A stretch of 64,000 nt of DNA from Azolla caroliniana (taxonomy: Eukaryota; Plantae; Polypodiophyta), in the NCBI GenBank assembly GCA_043228905.1, contig JBHGNT010000006.1:21700001-21764000 (forward strand). Direction: 5' to 3'. Numbering within the stretch: the first letter of the stretch is position 1; each line of letters begins with the position of its first letter. The notes beneath the pieces were generated by a model. The model was not told where the DNA came from and searched no databases. It saw nothing but the letters and a program-made list of their open reading frames with translations. Positions 1 through 12,310 of the stretch are shown piece after piece. A program made the position numbers and the translations under genes.

Positions 1-116
1 AAAAACATTTCGCCATGATTACTGTAGTCAGAGTTGGAGGCATAGTTTGTGAGTTGTCAGCTTGTGGAGGCCACTCACTCTTCTTTTTCCGACACTCTAC
101 CTCACAGTGGCCGAAT
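1..116 (-). mobile_element. Copia element Z, continuation of the gag zinc-knuckle region (rest lies outside the window)
   Basis: Reverse strand reads (K)FGHCEVECRKKKSE and joins ...CGYCG(N/K) at 29740-29760 to rebuild one CCHC knuckle. Homologous to 38390-38510 of element H. Confidence 0.8.
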
Positions 117-208
117 TGTTGGGAAATCAGTCTCTCCGAATGGGATCCGGTGAGAACCGGAAGAGATCCGGAAACCGGAGGAGACCTGGTGAGAACTAGA
201 AGAGAAGA

Positions 209-647
209 TGTTAAGTAATTAGGTAATTAACTAGGGTTAATTAGAGACTAATTATATGGTTACGTTAAGCAGCGGAAGATTAGTATGATATGCGCGTGAG
301 AGTGTGTGAGAGGAAGAGAGAGAGAGAGGAAGTTACACTTGAACACAAAGATAAATGAGGGATGATTGACTATATTGAAAAGTGTCATCAACATACAAAA
401 ATACCCACAATGAGGTATATATACAACCCATGTGCAAAGGTGCACACGTGTGGGTAGAACATAGGTACTTATGTGTAAGTCCTACATTAAATGTACTAAG
501 GAGTGGAGGATCTAGAATATCCCACTTAAGTATAAGGTCCTATTTAAAGGCTTAAGGTCAACACATTAACTAGATTCAATCTAGGTAACTACTAAGTTAC
601 ATGTGTTGACTAACTAGATTAAACTAGTTGAGCTTGATATCTCAACA
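209..647 (-). repeat. 3' LTR of element A
   Basis: Direct repeat of 3734-4171, adjacent to the PPT. Confidence 0.95.
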
Positions 648-823
648 CGCCCCCTCAAGCTCAAGTGTGAGGCGTCCAATGTCCGGTTTAGCTTCCTTCG
701 CATTCGTCGGCATCGGTACGGCTTGCGGCTTTCTTTGCAGCGTTGCGCGGCTCTCCGCGGCTTTGTTGCGCGGCTTTCTTCGCGGCTTCGCGGCTTCGTT
801 GCGCAGTTCTCCGCGGCTTTGTT

Positions 824-3571
824 CTCCCCCTCAAGCCTGTGACGAAGGCTTGGATCCTCGGGCTCTTGTTCGGCCACTACCTTCATCGCGAGGGCATAGT
901 GATGGGCCATATACTCGTTGTAGGCGTAACGAGTGACTTGGGTCTTCGCTCGTGATGAGCGGCAGAGTTTCTCGTTTGTTGATGTGAGCGCCTTCTTTAC
1001 TCCAGGTGTCCTCATGATGGGTACACCGAACTCACTGTCTAGTGAGCGAGCTGAATCATCCGAATCACGATCGTCGGGGTGGACCTCGACTTCGTATTCG
1101 GGCATCTTACCTTTGCCTTTGTCTAGTGTCGGACTTGTCCGCGATGTGCTTTCATCGCGTGGAGGCTCTTGTGGGCCAATTAGCTCGGTAGAGCTTGGAT
1201 TGTCCTTCGGTGGAGGACTTGGCCGAGTTTCATCGTCTGAGTTGGCGTTCAACTCTTCCTCGATCGGGTTGGATGGAGTCGCATCGGGCTTATAACAAGA
1301 TGCCGATTCGTCGAAAACGACGTCGCGACTTATCCGCACCGCTCGGATCGAAGGGTTGAAGCACTTGTACACCTTTTTCTCGGACAAGTATCCTATGAGG
1401 ATACATTCTTCCGACTTCGCGTCGGGCTTCTCTCAACTTTCGTTCGGGATGCGTACATTCGCAATGCTTCCGAACACCTTGAGGTGCGAGAGGATGGGCT
1501 TTCTTCCAACGAAGATCTCGTATGGAGTAAGCTTGTGCACGCTATTTGTGGTGCATCGATTCATGAGATAGACGGCCATGGATGCCGCTTCCGCCCAATA
1601 GAAGTTCGGCATGTGTTTCTCACGCATCATGGCGCGTGCTACCTCGAGTATTTGCCGATTCTTTCTCTCGGCTACTCCGTTTTGTTGGGGAGTGTGTTGG
1701 CATGAGAATTCTCTATGAATGCCTTCACCTTGGAGGTAGGAGGTGAACTCGTCGGAGAAGTACTCCTTTCCTCCGTCCGATCATAGGCATCGAATGTGCC
1801 GACCGGTTTCTTTCTCCACTTGGCTTTTGAGCCTTTGAAAGTGGGAGAGCACTTCGATCTTCTTCTTCATCGGGTATATCCACGCGTAGCGCGAGTGGTC
1901 GTCGATGAAGGTGACGTAGTAGTGGCATCCGCCGAGCGTCGGCGTTTGAGTCGATCCCCATACATCCGAGTGTATGACGTCGAGGAGGCCTTTGCTTGCG
2001 GAGCTCTCCTTCGGGAATGGGAGTCGATGTTGTTTGCCGAGTTGGCATGCTTCGCACACTCGGTCGACTCGTTTTGATTCGAAGGCCGGAAGTCCGATTA
2101 CGACTCCCTTTGATTGCATTCCGCGAAGCCGTTGGAGGTTTACGTGGCCGATTCTCTTGTGCCACAACTCGATATTTGTCTCAGTCTTGAGACCTTTGGC
2201 GTACATGGCCGATTTTACCTCATTTGAGTCGAGGATGAACAAGTGACCGTCTCTCCGTCCCTTGGCTATGAGTCGGCCTTCTTTCTCGATGAAGCAACCT
2301 TCATTGTTGAAGCGGACTTGCATGCCTTGCTCCACGATTTGGCCGACCGAGACCAAATTCTTTGTTATTGTGGGCACATGCAAGACATTCTTGATGCAGG
2401 TTTGCTTGCCTTCTTTCCCGAATGGGACATCGCCGATGTGCCGAATGGGATGCGGAGTGTCGTCTCCGGTCTCTATATAGCCGGGTCGATCTGGCGTTCG
2501 CAAGTCGCGAAACCACTCTTCGTGCGAGGTCATGTGGTGCGAGGCGCTAGAGACTGCGAACCACGCGTGTTCGGAGTTGGAGGTGCTTGCGGAGTTTGCG
2601 GGATCGGAGGTCATCATAGAGTTCGCTCTATGCCTCATCATGAAGAGTCCACCGTAGTCCGCGTATTCCGCGTTGGCGGCGTAATTTGTGAGTTGCCGGC
2701 TTGTTGAAGCCGACTCGCTTCGTCTTTTTCAGCACTCCTCTTCGCGATGTCCGATTTTGCCGCAATAGTTGCACGTAGGTGGCGTCGTTCGCCGACCTTG
2801 TTCGGCATGGAAGCTCCCCCTTCTTGTGAAGGTTCCTCGATGGCTTCCGTTTCCTTGCCGAAATTGTGAATTCCCTTCGTGGGATAGGTCGAATTGACCT
2901 CTTCCGCGTCGACCTCATCTATGGGCACCATCCGTATCGGAGAAGAGCATTTGTCCTTCCGATGTGTTGGTCTTTGGTTGAACGTGGTTTTCTTCACCCA
3001 AAAGCATTGATTGGAGGTTGAAGAACGAGGGAGGGGTATCTCTCGCCAAGAGTGCCGTTCTCAAAGGGTTGAATCGTTGTGCGAGGCCGCCCAAGCATAC
3101 TTGCACCATCTCGTCCTCGTCGATGTTGACGTTGATGGAGCCAAGAGAGTCGCAAATGCTCTTGATCTTGGCGGTGTAGTCCGTCACGGACATTTCTTTT
3201 TGGCGTATGTTGTTCAACTCTTGCCGGAGTTGAAGCTTTCGCGCGGATGTGTCCGCGGCGAAAATCTTCTTGAGATTTTCCCACACCTCTTTGGGCGTCT
3301 TGGCGTCACGAATGTGGCTAAGCATGTGGTCATTTACACATGTTGCCAAGCAATACATTACCCGACTCGCGCCTTGCTCCCACGTTGGGTAGTTGGCGTG
3401 TGTGGTTTCTGGTTTGTTTTCTTGTGCGCCTATGATGTAGCTCCAATACCCTTGGCTGACAATGTATTGATTCATCTTGTACTCCCAAGATGAATAGTTG
3501 CTTTGGTCTAGCTTTTCCCTAGGGAGTGTGCTTCCCATTTTTTTGTTCATGTTGATTGTTGTGTCTTCCAC
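824..3571 (-). pseudogene. Frameshifted gag-protease-integrase of element A
   Basis: ORFs 2915-3571 (gag, KLDQSNYSSWEYKM), 1781-2641 (protease WFAVSSASHHMT; integrase WHKRIGH...CEAC...HSDVWG...FIDDHSR), 1433-1630 and 614-1387 (integrase C-terminus). The last jumps directly to the end of RNase H. Confidence 0.9.
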
Positions 3572-3733
3572 TTTGTTTTTCTTCTCTTGGTCGCGTACAT
3601 GTCCTTCGTAGCGGCACTACGGTAGCGGATAGCGGATAGCGAATAGCTGGGATTTGTCGTCGGCGTCTCGAACACACAATCACGAATAAGCGGTGAGCTT
3701 AGTGGATTTCCTAAACCACGCGCTCTGATACCA

Positions 3734-4171
3734 TGTTAAGTAATTAGGTAATTAACTAGGGTTAATTAGAGACTAATTATATGGTTACGTTAAGCAGCGG
3801 AAGATTAGTATGATATGCGTGTGAGAGTGTGTGAGAGGAAGAGAGAGAGAGAGGAAGTTACACTTGAACACAAAGATAAATGGGGGATGATTGACTATAT
3901 TGAAAAGTGTCATCAACATACAAAAATACCCACAATGAGGTATATATACAACCCATGTGCAAAGGTGCACACGTGTGGGTAGAACATAGGTACTTATGTG
4001 TAAGTCCTACATTAAATGTACTAAGGAGTGGAGGATCTAGAATATCCCACTTAAGTATAAGGTCCTATTTAAAGGCTTAAGGTCAACACATTAACTAGAT
4101 TCAATCTAGGTAACTACTAAGTTACATTATTGACTAACTAGATTAAACTAGTTGAGCTTGATATCTCAACA
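3734..4171 (-). repeat. 5' LTR of element A
   Basis: Adjacent to the PBS, direct repeat of 209-647. Confidence 0.95.
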
Positions 4172-4570
4172 GAAGACATATATGTAAATATAAACATGAC
4201 TTAGGGCAATCACTTTTTGTGTGTGTTGTTATTATTGTTGTAACCATTGTATAGAGAGAGCGATAGAGAGAGAGGGAGAGAGATACAGAGCGATACTCTG
4301 TTCTAACCGCCGCCTAGCGAAGAAACCGAGCTCGAGGTCATTGACTACGAGTCTCTGATTGTACCCCTTCTCTTCATAGTGATAGTTCGGAGTCTGTGGG
4401 CTCCCGTGGTTTTTCCCATTTAGGGTTTTCCACGTAAACATCTTGTGTTCACTCTTTAGTTCCCATTTCTGTGTTCTCCATTCTCATAGAAGTGTTCAAG
4501 TCTCGATTGTGGCAAAACAATATTCGGCGCGATTCTCTACAAATTGGTATCAAAGAGAACAACACAGGAA

Positions 4571-7500
4571 ATGATAGAATCGTTTGGCGGCATGTTCAAG
4601 CTCACCGGCTCCAACTACTCAGTGTGGAAATCGAAGATGAAGGATATGTTGGTGGTTAAAGATCTTTGGGTGCCAATTCAGTTCGGGGACAAGAGACTGG
4701 ATAAGATCGACGCCACAGTGTGGGAGGTGATGCACATGAAGACGACGGCATACATTCGGTGCTTCATCGACATGAGCCTGTACAACAACTTCAATGAAGA
4801 GAGCAAGGCTCATGAACTCTGGGAGAAGATCGACATCATGTTCCAGAACAAGAATGACGTTAATCAGGTTTCAGTATTCCGGAAGCTAGTGAGGTTCCGG
4901 TACCAAGATGGCTCCAGTATGGCGGAGCACATGAATGCCTTCCAGGGACTGATCCACCAGGCAACCTCGTTGGAAGTACCTCTTACCGATGAGGTACTTG
5001 CATTGCTCCTGCTCGGTTCCCTCCCGGATAGCTGGGAGACGTTAGTTGTTACGTTGGGCAACGCCAGGTCGGAAGAAAAACAGTTATCCCTAGCAAGAGT
5101 CAAGTCGAGCTTGCTAGATGAGGAGGCGCGTCGCAAAGACAAGGAGGTGATCTCTAACGCCAAAGCCCTCCTTACCGAATCGGAATGCGGAAGACAAAGG
5201 AATTGGAGTCCCCAGAACCAGGAAAAGTCAGGGACACGATCAAAGTCAAGGGGGAGGCCCACTTGCTTCTTTTGCGACAAGCCGGGGCACTTCCAAAAGA
5301 ATTGTCGGCATTTCCGGAAAGACAAGGGAACCGACAGTACCAATTCGAAGAAGTCACTAGACCGAAACGGTTCGGATCGGCGAGGCCCGGACCGGAAGGG
5401 AACGACGGAGATCGCGGCAAGTGAAGAGGAACTAATGCTCATCACTGACGAGAGTGAGTTGAACCTTGCCGGCGACAAGACAACGTGGGTTGTCGATTCT
5501 GGAGCATCGTTCCACCTTACCCCAGACCGGAAATGCTTCTCATCCTACACAGTCGGTGAGCATGGTTGTGTCCAGATGGGGAATGAAGGTACATGCCGAA
5601 TTGTCGGCATAGGGGACGTGTGGTTGACGACACCAACCGGATACAAGTTGTTGCTGAAGGATGTCCCACACGTTTTGGCGGTTCGACTAAACCTAATATC
5701 AATCAGTCGGCTAGATGATGAAGGTTACACAGGTAGCATCCGGAACGGAGTCATGAAGTTCAGCAAGGGGAGCCTAATAGTGGCTCAGGCCCGGAAAGTC
5801 AACACATTATACCTCATGAACGCCTGGTTATGCCGGGAAGAAGAAGTGAATGTTGCTTCCGACACTACTGGTGAGCTGTGGCACAAAAGACTGTGTCACA
5901 TGAGTGAGAAGGGGATGAAGAGGCTTGCCGAAGACAACCTCATTCCAGTGAAGGACGTGCAACTTGATAAGTAAACTGATTGCTTGGCTGGCAAACAAAA
6001 CCGAACCTCCTTCCGGTCAAGACCACCGATGAGACGGAATGCACCACTGGAGCTGGTGCATACCGATGTGTGTCAAGTGGACACGAAGTCACATGCCAGA
6101 TCATAGTACTTCGTGACGTTCATAGATGATCACAGCCAGAAGTTATGGGTCTCACCGTTGAAGACGAAGGATTAGGTGCTAACCGTCTTCAAGGAACTCC
6201 ACGCAAGAGTGGAAAGAGAAACCGGCCGGAAGCTAAAGGTGGTTCGAGCGGACAACGGAGGAGAATACCAGGGGCAACTTGAGGAGTACTATCGGTCGAG
6301 GGGAATTTGGCTCGAATTCACCGTGCCGAAGACGCCAATACTAAACGGGTTGGCCGAAAGGATGAACTGGACCATAATGGAGAGAGTTCCGAGCATGCTC
6401 GCACATGCCAAGTTACCCAAGACGTTTTGGGCTGAGACGCTGACGACGGCGACCTACATGATAAATAGATCACCCTTAGTATCCTTGGGAGGAGACTCAC
6501 CTCAGAAGGTATGGACTAGCAAAGATGTATGTTACCGGCATCTGATGGTGTTCGGGTGTCTCACATACGTGCATGTGGCGAAGGACAAAAGAGCAAAGTT
6601 GGATCCGAAGTCACGGCCATGCATATTCCTTGGATATGGCGACGATGAGTTCGAATACCGGGTGTGGGATCTGGCCGACAAGAAGGTGTTCCGAAGTCAA
6701 GACATAATCTTCATGGAAGACAAGACCATTGTCGACTGGGAGTCGGAGAAGAAGATGACCAACTCTGGATCATCCAATGAAAACCAGCCTAAGGACCCAA
6801 GGACCTACTCGGTTGAAAGCCGTATGTTAGCCGGTAACCAGATGACAATCGACGAACCGGCCAGTTTCGGACAAGAAACCGAACCAACCGAAGAAGAAGA
6901 AGACACCGAAACCAGACAAGATCCCGAATCGGATTCGGATTTGGAACAGACGGAGGAACCGGCAGTCAGAAACCAAGGACGGAGATATCCTCTCTGGGAG
7001 AGAAGAGCCCCCCAGAGATTTCCAGATGCAGAGCATGTGTTACTAACCGATGAGGGGGAGCCAAAAAGTTTTGAAGAAGCAAGAGGAGACACCCACAACC
7101 GCAAGTGGTTGAGTGCCATGCAGGATGAGATGGATTCCCTACATGAGTACCACACATACGAATTGGTGGAGTTGCCGAAAGGAAAGAGGGAACTCCGGAA
7201 CAAGTGGGTGTACAAGTTGAAACCGGGAGACGCCGGAAATCCACCAAGGTATAAGGCCCGAATCGTGGTGAAAGGCTTCCAGCAGAAGAAAGGAGTGGAT
7301 TTCAATGAGATCTTTGCTCCGGTAGTAAAGATGACATCCATCCAGATGGTATTGGGCATAGTGACAAGCATGGACCTCAAGGTAGAGCAACTGGACGTGA
7401 AGACGGCATTCCTACATGGAGACCTCGAAGAGGAGATATACATGCATCAACCGGAAGGATTTGAGAGGAAAGGGAAGGAGCACCTAGTCCGCCGGTTGAA

Positions 7501-8501
7501 GAAGAGCCTATACGGACTGAAGCAAGCCCCCCGGCAATGGTACCGGAAGTTCGACTCCTTCATGACCGTCCAAGGGTACCACAAGACGCAGGCCGATCAC
7601 TATGTGTTTGTGAAGAAATTCAACGGAAAAGATTTCTTGATACTCCTCTTATATGTGGATGATATGTTGATCGTCGGACGAGACCAATGCAAGATTCGGA
7701 TGCTGAAGAAGGCTCTAAACCGGACCTTCTCAATGAAAGACTTGGGTCCTGCAAGACAGATATTGGGAATGCACATCATCCGGGATCGGTCGAAGAAGCT
7801 GTTGTGGTTGTCACAGGAGAAGTATGTGACAAAGGTACTTCAATGGTTCAACATGTCGGAGGCGAAACCGGTCGGATCGACACTTCCGGCAAACTGCAAG
7901 TTATCCTAAAAACAAAGCCTGAGGACAAAGGCGGAAAAGAAGGATATGATGAAGATACCATATGCCTCTACCATCGGGAGCTTGATGTATGCGATGGTAT
8001 GTACCCGGCCGGATATCGGATATGCAATCGGAGTGGTGAGCCGTGTTGTCCGCCGGAATAGTAACCGACGGACAAAAGAGCATAACGCATGTAACGGTTC
8101 ACGTAGGAAGCGTGAACGGCTAAATAGACCCTACGTATATAAAGGGCAGAAAACCTCTGGTAGAGGGTGCGTGTAATTTTGGGGAATGTAAAGAAACTTC
8201 TGATAATAGAATCCTATCTTCTCTGATTTCTTGTGTATAGCTACGGCTAATCTACTGTGTGTGTCTTGAATACCTAAGCGTTCACGTGCGTAAGTGTAAC
8301 CCTTGGTAGGGATTCGGTTGTAGCCGCTCCCCGTATACACCGATAGGTTACAGGGAACCTTCCCCTACGCATTACGCTTAGACGCCTATTCGTTGTTCCA
8401 CACCCACTTGGAGGTCCAGGTCGAAGGACTGACCACAGACCGTGTTCCTAATCGGTAACAAGCCGGTTCATGAACAATCCCGGCAAAGAGAATTGGAATG
8501 T
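4571..8501 (+). pseudogene. gag-pol of element B, 5' part (gag, zinc knuckle, protease, integrase, RT) with stops and frameshifts
   Basis: CFFCDKPGHFQKNC, WVVDSGAS, WHKRLCH, RADNGGEY, QLDVKTAFLHG and LLYVDDMLI. Interrupted by a solo LTR at 8044-8460 and by element C at 8502. Confidence 0.92.
8044..8460 (+). mobile_element. Solo LTR (417 bp)
   Basis: Termini TGTTGTCCG...CGGTAACA with perfect TSD AGCCG (8039-8043 and 8461-8465). Removing it restores B's GVVSRFMNNPGKENW. TATA-like TATATAAAG near 8136 suggests + orientation. Confidence 0.88.
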
Positions 8502-9226
8502 TGTCGAGGTTCTCCTCGCGGATGCGTGGAGTCAAGTAGGACCACGGGGGTCTCGAACCAAGGAATCAAGAAAGCGAGGAGGGAGGAGTTTGGGGATCGC
8601 GTATGTCTTGAGACCACGGGAGGACGGGTAAGTCTAGCGAACGGGAGAGAGTAAAAGAGTCACGCGTAGACACAGACATGGACAAAGACACTGAGAACAA
8701 AGTATGTTAGGTAGAACGAGTTCTATTAAAACACAGGTGCGCGGTGTTGTGAGTGGTTACAGCCAGATCAGAGCCAGTGATGGAGCGTGGAGCTTGGCAA
8801 ATAGCTAGGTACAAAGAGACGTCAGTGCACAGAAGGTCGATCCCCCGGTTAAGAGCACTCGGGCGTCTGACGCGAGCAGGGGAAGCGCCTTCTTCCGTGA
8901 TCAGTCCTTGGTCTTTCTCTGTGTATCTTTTCCTCTCGATCCCCTTCTCCTAAAGACAGTCAAAGGTCGCCCCTTTTATAGCACAAGGAGTGACCGTTAC
9001 AAGCATTCATGACCCTTCACTTTTTCGTCCTAGGTTCTCTCCTCGTAACTCTCCCTACTTATGCGATGTCTATATCTTCTTTAATGCTCTAACTACCTAG
9101 TACCCCCTTCCTATACTCATGCCTAGTACTTATCCTACTTAATTCCCTCGAGGCGTGCACTCGCGTATACCGGTGTTCCTGTGCATTTCACGTTGTTTCC
9201 GCTTATGGCCTGGAATCTTCACGACA
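8502..9226 (-). repeat. 3' LTR of element C
   Basis: Direct repeat of 27315-28022, adjacent to PPT TAGTGGGGGTGGA on the - strand. Confidence 0.92.
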
Positions 9227-9301
9227 TCCACCCCCACTAAACCACACATCCTCCGGTATGTGCCAGATTTACGAATTTAGTGAGGGATTCCGGGCCATCG
9301 G

Positions 9302-10230
9302 TTACTCGTCATCCTCTCCTGAACTGGCGCTTTCGGCTCCCGGGTTAGGTTCTAGGAAATATCGGTATGCCCTCTTCCGGAGCTGCCCGGCCTCCTCCTT
9401 AGTCATCGTGGCGTCCGTCGTCATTGTCTTCAGAAATCTCCCGATTAGGAGCCACTCCCCGTCGTAGCCGTCTTCGTCGAACTCATTCACGGGCGGGGTG
9501 CTTTGCTCTTTTATCCTCATCCTTGCCGATTTGAAGAAGTCTACGCCAACTTCTTCGTTCTCCGATACCATGTCGTCCTCGTCCTTGAATCTTTCTCTGG
9601 AAAGCATGTCGGCCGTGGCGTTGTCTTTACCCGAGATGTGTTGTATCTCCGGGTTCAGGGACTTGATGTACGCAATCCACTTGAGCATGGCCAAGTCGGG
9701 AGTCGTGCATCCGGAGACCATACCAAGAATCGGCAGGCAATCTGTTTCTATAATTACTTCCACCCCGATTAAGTAGTCTTTGTCGACCTTAACCGCCGAA
9801 ACGATACCCCACAGCTCACGCTTGACTTGGGCGTACCCTCGTTGTCGCTCACTCAGTACCTTCGCACCGAACCGGATAGGGAAGCGCGTGCCATCTTCGT
9901 CCTCTTGATTTACAACCCATCCGATCCCAGTCAGGTTGGTGTCCACTGTGATGTAGACCGGAGTACTCGGTGCGTATGACACTTTGCGCAAAGCCGGTGC
10001 CGCGGTAAGCACTCGCTTTAGCTTCCGAACTGCCTCCGTATGTTCCTTCGTCCATGCGAATCTTCTGCACTTCTTCAGCAGGCCGTAGATTGGTTCGACA
10101 ACGTGCGCGTAATGAGGGATCCATATGTGGTAGAAGGCGCATGCTCCTAAGAATCATCGGACCTCTGTGACGGATCCACACTCCTCCTTCATTGCCGATA
10201 TGGCCTCTACCTTGGTCGGCGATGGCTTCG
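9302..10230 (-). pseudogene. Gypsy RT connection and RNase H of element C
   Basis: PTKVEAI...EVR, PVYITVDTNLTGIGWVVNQ, ERQRGYAQVKRELWGI, IETDCLPI, HISGKDNATADMLSR. Confidence 0.88.
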
Positions 10231-10670
10231 GATACGGTGAGGATACCGAACCGGCAGAAGAAGAAGTAGAGGAAGCTGAAACCGGAACCGGCCAAGACCC
10301 CGAATCGGATTCAGATGAAGAGCGAATGGAGGAGCCGGTTACCGAAGCCCGAAGACGTAGATATCCTCTCAGAGAGAGAAGGGCCCCCCAGAGATTTCTG
10401 GATGCAGAGCATGTTCTGCTGACCGATGAGGGGGAGCCGGAAAGCTTCGAAGAAGCAAAGGATGACACCCACAGCCGAAAATGGTTAAGGTCCATGCAGG
10501 ATGAGATGGATTCCTTGCATGAGAACCATACGTACGAATTGGTGGAGTTGCCGAAAGGAAAGCGGGCACTCCGAAACAAGTGGGTGTACAAGTTGAAACC
10601 GGGAGATGCCGGCAACCCCCCGAGATACAAAGCCAGGATCATGGTGAAGGGGTTCTAGCAGAAGAAGGGC

Positions 10671-12005
10671 GTGGACTTCGACGAGATATTTGCCCCGGTA
10701 GTAAAGATGACCTCCATCCGGACGGTGTTGAGTATAGCAGCAAGCATGGACCTCGAGGTAGAGCAGCTGGACGTGAAGACGGCATTCCTTCACGGCGACC
10801 TCGAAGAGGAGATCTACATGCAGCAACCGGAAGGATTCGTGGAGAAAGGGAAGGAGCACCTGGTATGCCGGTTGAAGAAGAGCCTGTACGGACTGAAGCA
10901 GGCTCCCCGACAATGGTACCGGAAGTTCGACTCCTTCATGACCGATCAAGGGTACCACAAGACGCAGGCCGATCACTGCGTGTTTGTGAAGAAGTTTGAA
11001 GGAGGCGACTTCCTGATACTCCTTCTGTACGTGGATGACATGTTGATCGTCGGACGGGACCAAGTCAAAATACGGATGCTAAAGAACGCTCTCAACCGGA
11101 CCTTCTCAATGAAAGACTTGGGTCCGGCAAGACAGATGTTGGGGATGCACATCATCCGGAACCGGTCAGCGAAGCAATTATGGCTGTCACAGGAGAAGTA
11201 TGTGACAAAGGTGCTTCACCGGTTCAACATGTCAGACGCGAAACCGGTCGGATCGACACTTCCGGCAAACTGCAGGCTATCCGGCAAGCAAAGCCCGAAG
11301 ATGAAAGCAGAGAAGGCGGATATGATGAAGATTCCATATGCCTCTGCCGTCGGGAGCTTGATGTACGCAATGGTTTGTTCTCGACCGGATATAGGATACG
11401 CAGTCGGAGTGGTGAGTCGGTTCATGAGTAATCCCGGCAAGGAGCATTGGAACGCGGTCAAATGGATACTCCGGTATTTGAAGGGCACTTCAAATATGTG
11501 TCTCCGATTCGGCTCCAGAAAACCTCAACTGGACGGTTTCACCGATTCGGACATGTCGGCTGATGTGGATACCAGCCGGTCTACATCCGGGTATGTAATG
11601 ACATATGCAGGGGGAGCTGTTTCGTGGCAATCGAGGCTGCAGAAGACGGTTGCATTGTCAACCACGGAGGAGGAGTACATGGCAGCTGTGGAAGCCGACA
11701 CGGAAACTTTATGGATGAAGGACTTCATCGGAGAGCTCAGTAAACGGCAAGAGGAATACCGACTCTATTGCGACAGTCAAAGTGCCATCCACCTTGCTAA
11801 GAATGTGGCCTACCATTCCCGGACGAAGCATATCCAGTGGAGGTATCACTGGATCCGGGAAAGAGTAGATGACCAGGAGTTCGCACTGACGAAGATCCAC
11901 ACGGCCGAGAACGGGTCAGATATGCTGACCAAAGTGCTGACACCCGACAAGTTGGACGCATGCCGGAAGAGGATCGGACTGGTAAGACACCCCATGCCGG
12001 AGTGA
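10671..12005 (+). CDS. Copia reverse transcriptase-RNase H ORF of element D (retroelement remnant)
   Basis: QLDVKTAFLHG, LYVDDMLI, GFTDSD, ALSTTEEEY, YCDSQSAIHLAKN, RTKHI, SDMLTK. Confidence 0.85.
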   Translation: MDFDEIFAPVVKMTSIRTVLSIAASMDLEVEQLDVKTAFLHGDLEEEIYMQQPEGFVEKGKEHLVCRLKKSLYGLKQAPRQWYRKFDSFMTDQGYHKTQADHCVFVKKFEGGDFLILLLYVDDMLIVGRDQVKIRMLKNALNRTFSMKDLGPARQMLGMHIIRNRSAKQLWLSQEKYVTKVLHRFNMSDAKPVGSTLPANCRLSGKQSPKMKAEKADMMKIPYASAVGSLMYAMVCSRPDIGYAVGVVSRFMSNPGKEHWNAVKWILRYLKGTSNMCLRFGSRKPQLDGFTDSDMSADVDTSRSTSGYVMTYAGGAVSWQSRLQKTVALSTTEEEYMAAVEADTETLWMKDFIGELSKRQEEYRLYCDSQSAIHLAKNVAYHSRTKHIQWRYHWIRERVDDQEFALTKIHTAENGSDMLTKVLTPDKLDACRKRIGLVRHPMPE

Positions 12006-12090
12006 AGGGGGAGTTTGTTGGGAGACAGGTCCCTCCGGATGGGAAGGGAGAAGAACAGTGCCGATGAAGGCCGATAGGCCGAGGCCGAAA

Positions 12091-12310
12091 CCGGATGAGG
12101 AGTACCCGGCTACGAAGAGCCAGATGATACAGACCCGGTGTGAACCGGATGAGGAGTACCCGGCTACGGAGAGCCGGATGATACAGACCCAGTGTGAACC
12201 GGATGAGGAGTACCCGGCTACGGAGAGCTAGATGATACAGACCCGGTGAGAACCGGATGAGGAGTACCCGGCTACGGAGAGCCAGATGGTGCAGACCTAG
12301 TGAGAACCGG
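12091..12310 (+). repeat. Four tandem 54-bp repeats in the U3 region of the D LTR
   Basis: Unit CCGGATGAGGAGTACCCGGCTACGGAGAGCCRGATGATACAGACCCRGTGWGAA starts at 12091, 12145, 12199 and 12253, with a partial unit at 12307. Confidence 0.95.

Larger units (their letters stand above)
209..4171 (-). mobile_element. Ty1/Copia element A, non-autonomous (RT and RNase H deleted)
   Basis: LTRs at 209-647 and 3734-4171 (TG...CA, about 4 differences by eye). Perfect TSD GAAGA (204-208 and 4172-4176). PBS TGGTATCAGAGC (tRNA-iMet) at 3722-3733, PPT at 648-660. Confidence 0.95.
117..4541 (+). repeat. 5' LTR of element B, in two parts (117-208 and 4177-4541) around insertion A
   Basis: Both parts align with the 3' LTR at 29205-29739. 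The 5' copy carries two small deletions. Confidence 0.88.

Noticed and set aside
4864-7443. Long antisense ORFs over retroelement pol regions (also 13583-14424, 17523-17945 and others)
   Set aside because: Shadow ORFs opposite real gag-pol coding sequence.
12091-12310. Regularly spaced repeats resembling a CRISPR array
   Set aside because: Units are contiguous 54-bp tandem copies without unique spacers, inside an LTR in a eukaryotic context, with no cas genes.
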